From assembly GCA_050575255.1 (NCBI GenBank), contig JBNZDD010013610.1, forward strand, positions 1,906,366 to 1,970,365: a stretch of 64,000 nucleotides of DNA. The letters run 5' to 3'. Position numbers and translations under genes: made by a program. This document shows, piece by piece, positions 63,340 to 64,000 of the stretch. The notes below the pieces were generated by a model that was not told the origin of the DNA, searched no databases, and was given only the letters and a program-made list of their open reading frames with translations. This DNA is from Harriotta raleighana (taxonomy: Eukaryota). The first letter of the stretch is position 1; every line of letters begins with the position of its first letter.

Positions 63340-63595
63340 ACCTCAACATTTGCCTGTTCAGGTGGATGCTGAAGTTCCCATAGCACTATTAGATATGAGA
63401 ATTTCTCCTGGTGTCCTCAGCAATAATTCCAGCGATAACATTTGTCAACCACCTTATGTTTGTGGGACAGTGCTGTGCACAACTTGGCTACTACATTTGT
63501 CTACAAGATACACAGCCACTACACTTTACATTCAAAGCTCTTTGGGGCACACTCCAAAAATGAAAGGTGCTATATCAAACGCAAGGGTTATTATT
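63340..63595 (+). mobile_element. Old DeuSINE (Deu core plus tail)
   Basis: TGCCTGTTCAGGTGGATGCTGAAGTTCCCATAGCACTATT...TTCTCCTGGTGTCCT...TTTGTGGGACAGTGCTGTGC...GCTATATCAAACGCAAGGGTTATTATT. Confidence 0.85.
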
Positions 63596-64000
63596 TAGTT
63601 AGTTTGCTTTCCATCCTCCATCATACCTTTATTTCATTTTTTTCACTTATTGCAGTTTTAGGAAAAATAATACATGACATCTGTGTAACCACTGATAGAT
63701 AAATTGTGATGCTATATGCTCGGCTTGTAATCATTCTAGTCTTTGTTCACCATTCCCTTTGTTCACCAAGAGAGAGAATATTTCTCTTAGTGACTTCAAA
63801 CACAATAGGTGGTGATAGATATGTTAACAATACAATTGTACTTCACCACAACTACTTTTTATGAATTTCTAAAGTAGTTTTACAATGAATTATCTCACAA
63901 TAACAATACAATTTATTTTTCATTTAATCTTCAATGTAACTGTCTTGGACAAAGGAATGACAGATCCATCACTTACTTACTACCAAGCTACATCAGCCTA

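Noticed and set aside
1-64000. CRISPR array, operon or other prokaryotic system
   Set aside because: There are no regularly spaced repeats with unique spacers and no long ORFs. The recurring motifs are dispersed SINE and LINE tails of a vertebrate genome.

Overview
This is AT-rich, CpG-depleted vertebrate non-coding DNA. Its repeat content (DeuSINE-superfamily SINEs, L2 3' tails, shark-type CR1 LINE ends) points to a cartilaginous fish, plausibly a chimaera or elephant shark; that is an inference. I can support no intact protein-coding gene, RNA gene or CRISPR array, and the listed ORFs are chance frames or decayed retroelement pieces. The window looks like a gene desert or large intron. It holds more than 25 SINE copies or fragments: an old Deu-domain SINE and a younger short SINE with a different tRNA head but the same 3' module. 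It also holds about 10 L2 tails, about 8 CR1 fragments, a pogo/Tigger-type MITE and several repeat-free blocks resembling conserved enhancers. The most notable signals are two heavily decayed retroviral-like pol fossils in the first 8.1 kb with foamy/loki-like motifs, a ~124-bp hairpin built from two inverted L2 tails, and a conserved-stem, variable-pentaloop 3' structure shared by the SINEs and L2. Family names come from recalled consensus sequences, not database searches. Boundaries of old repeats are approximate.
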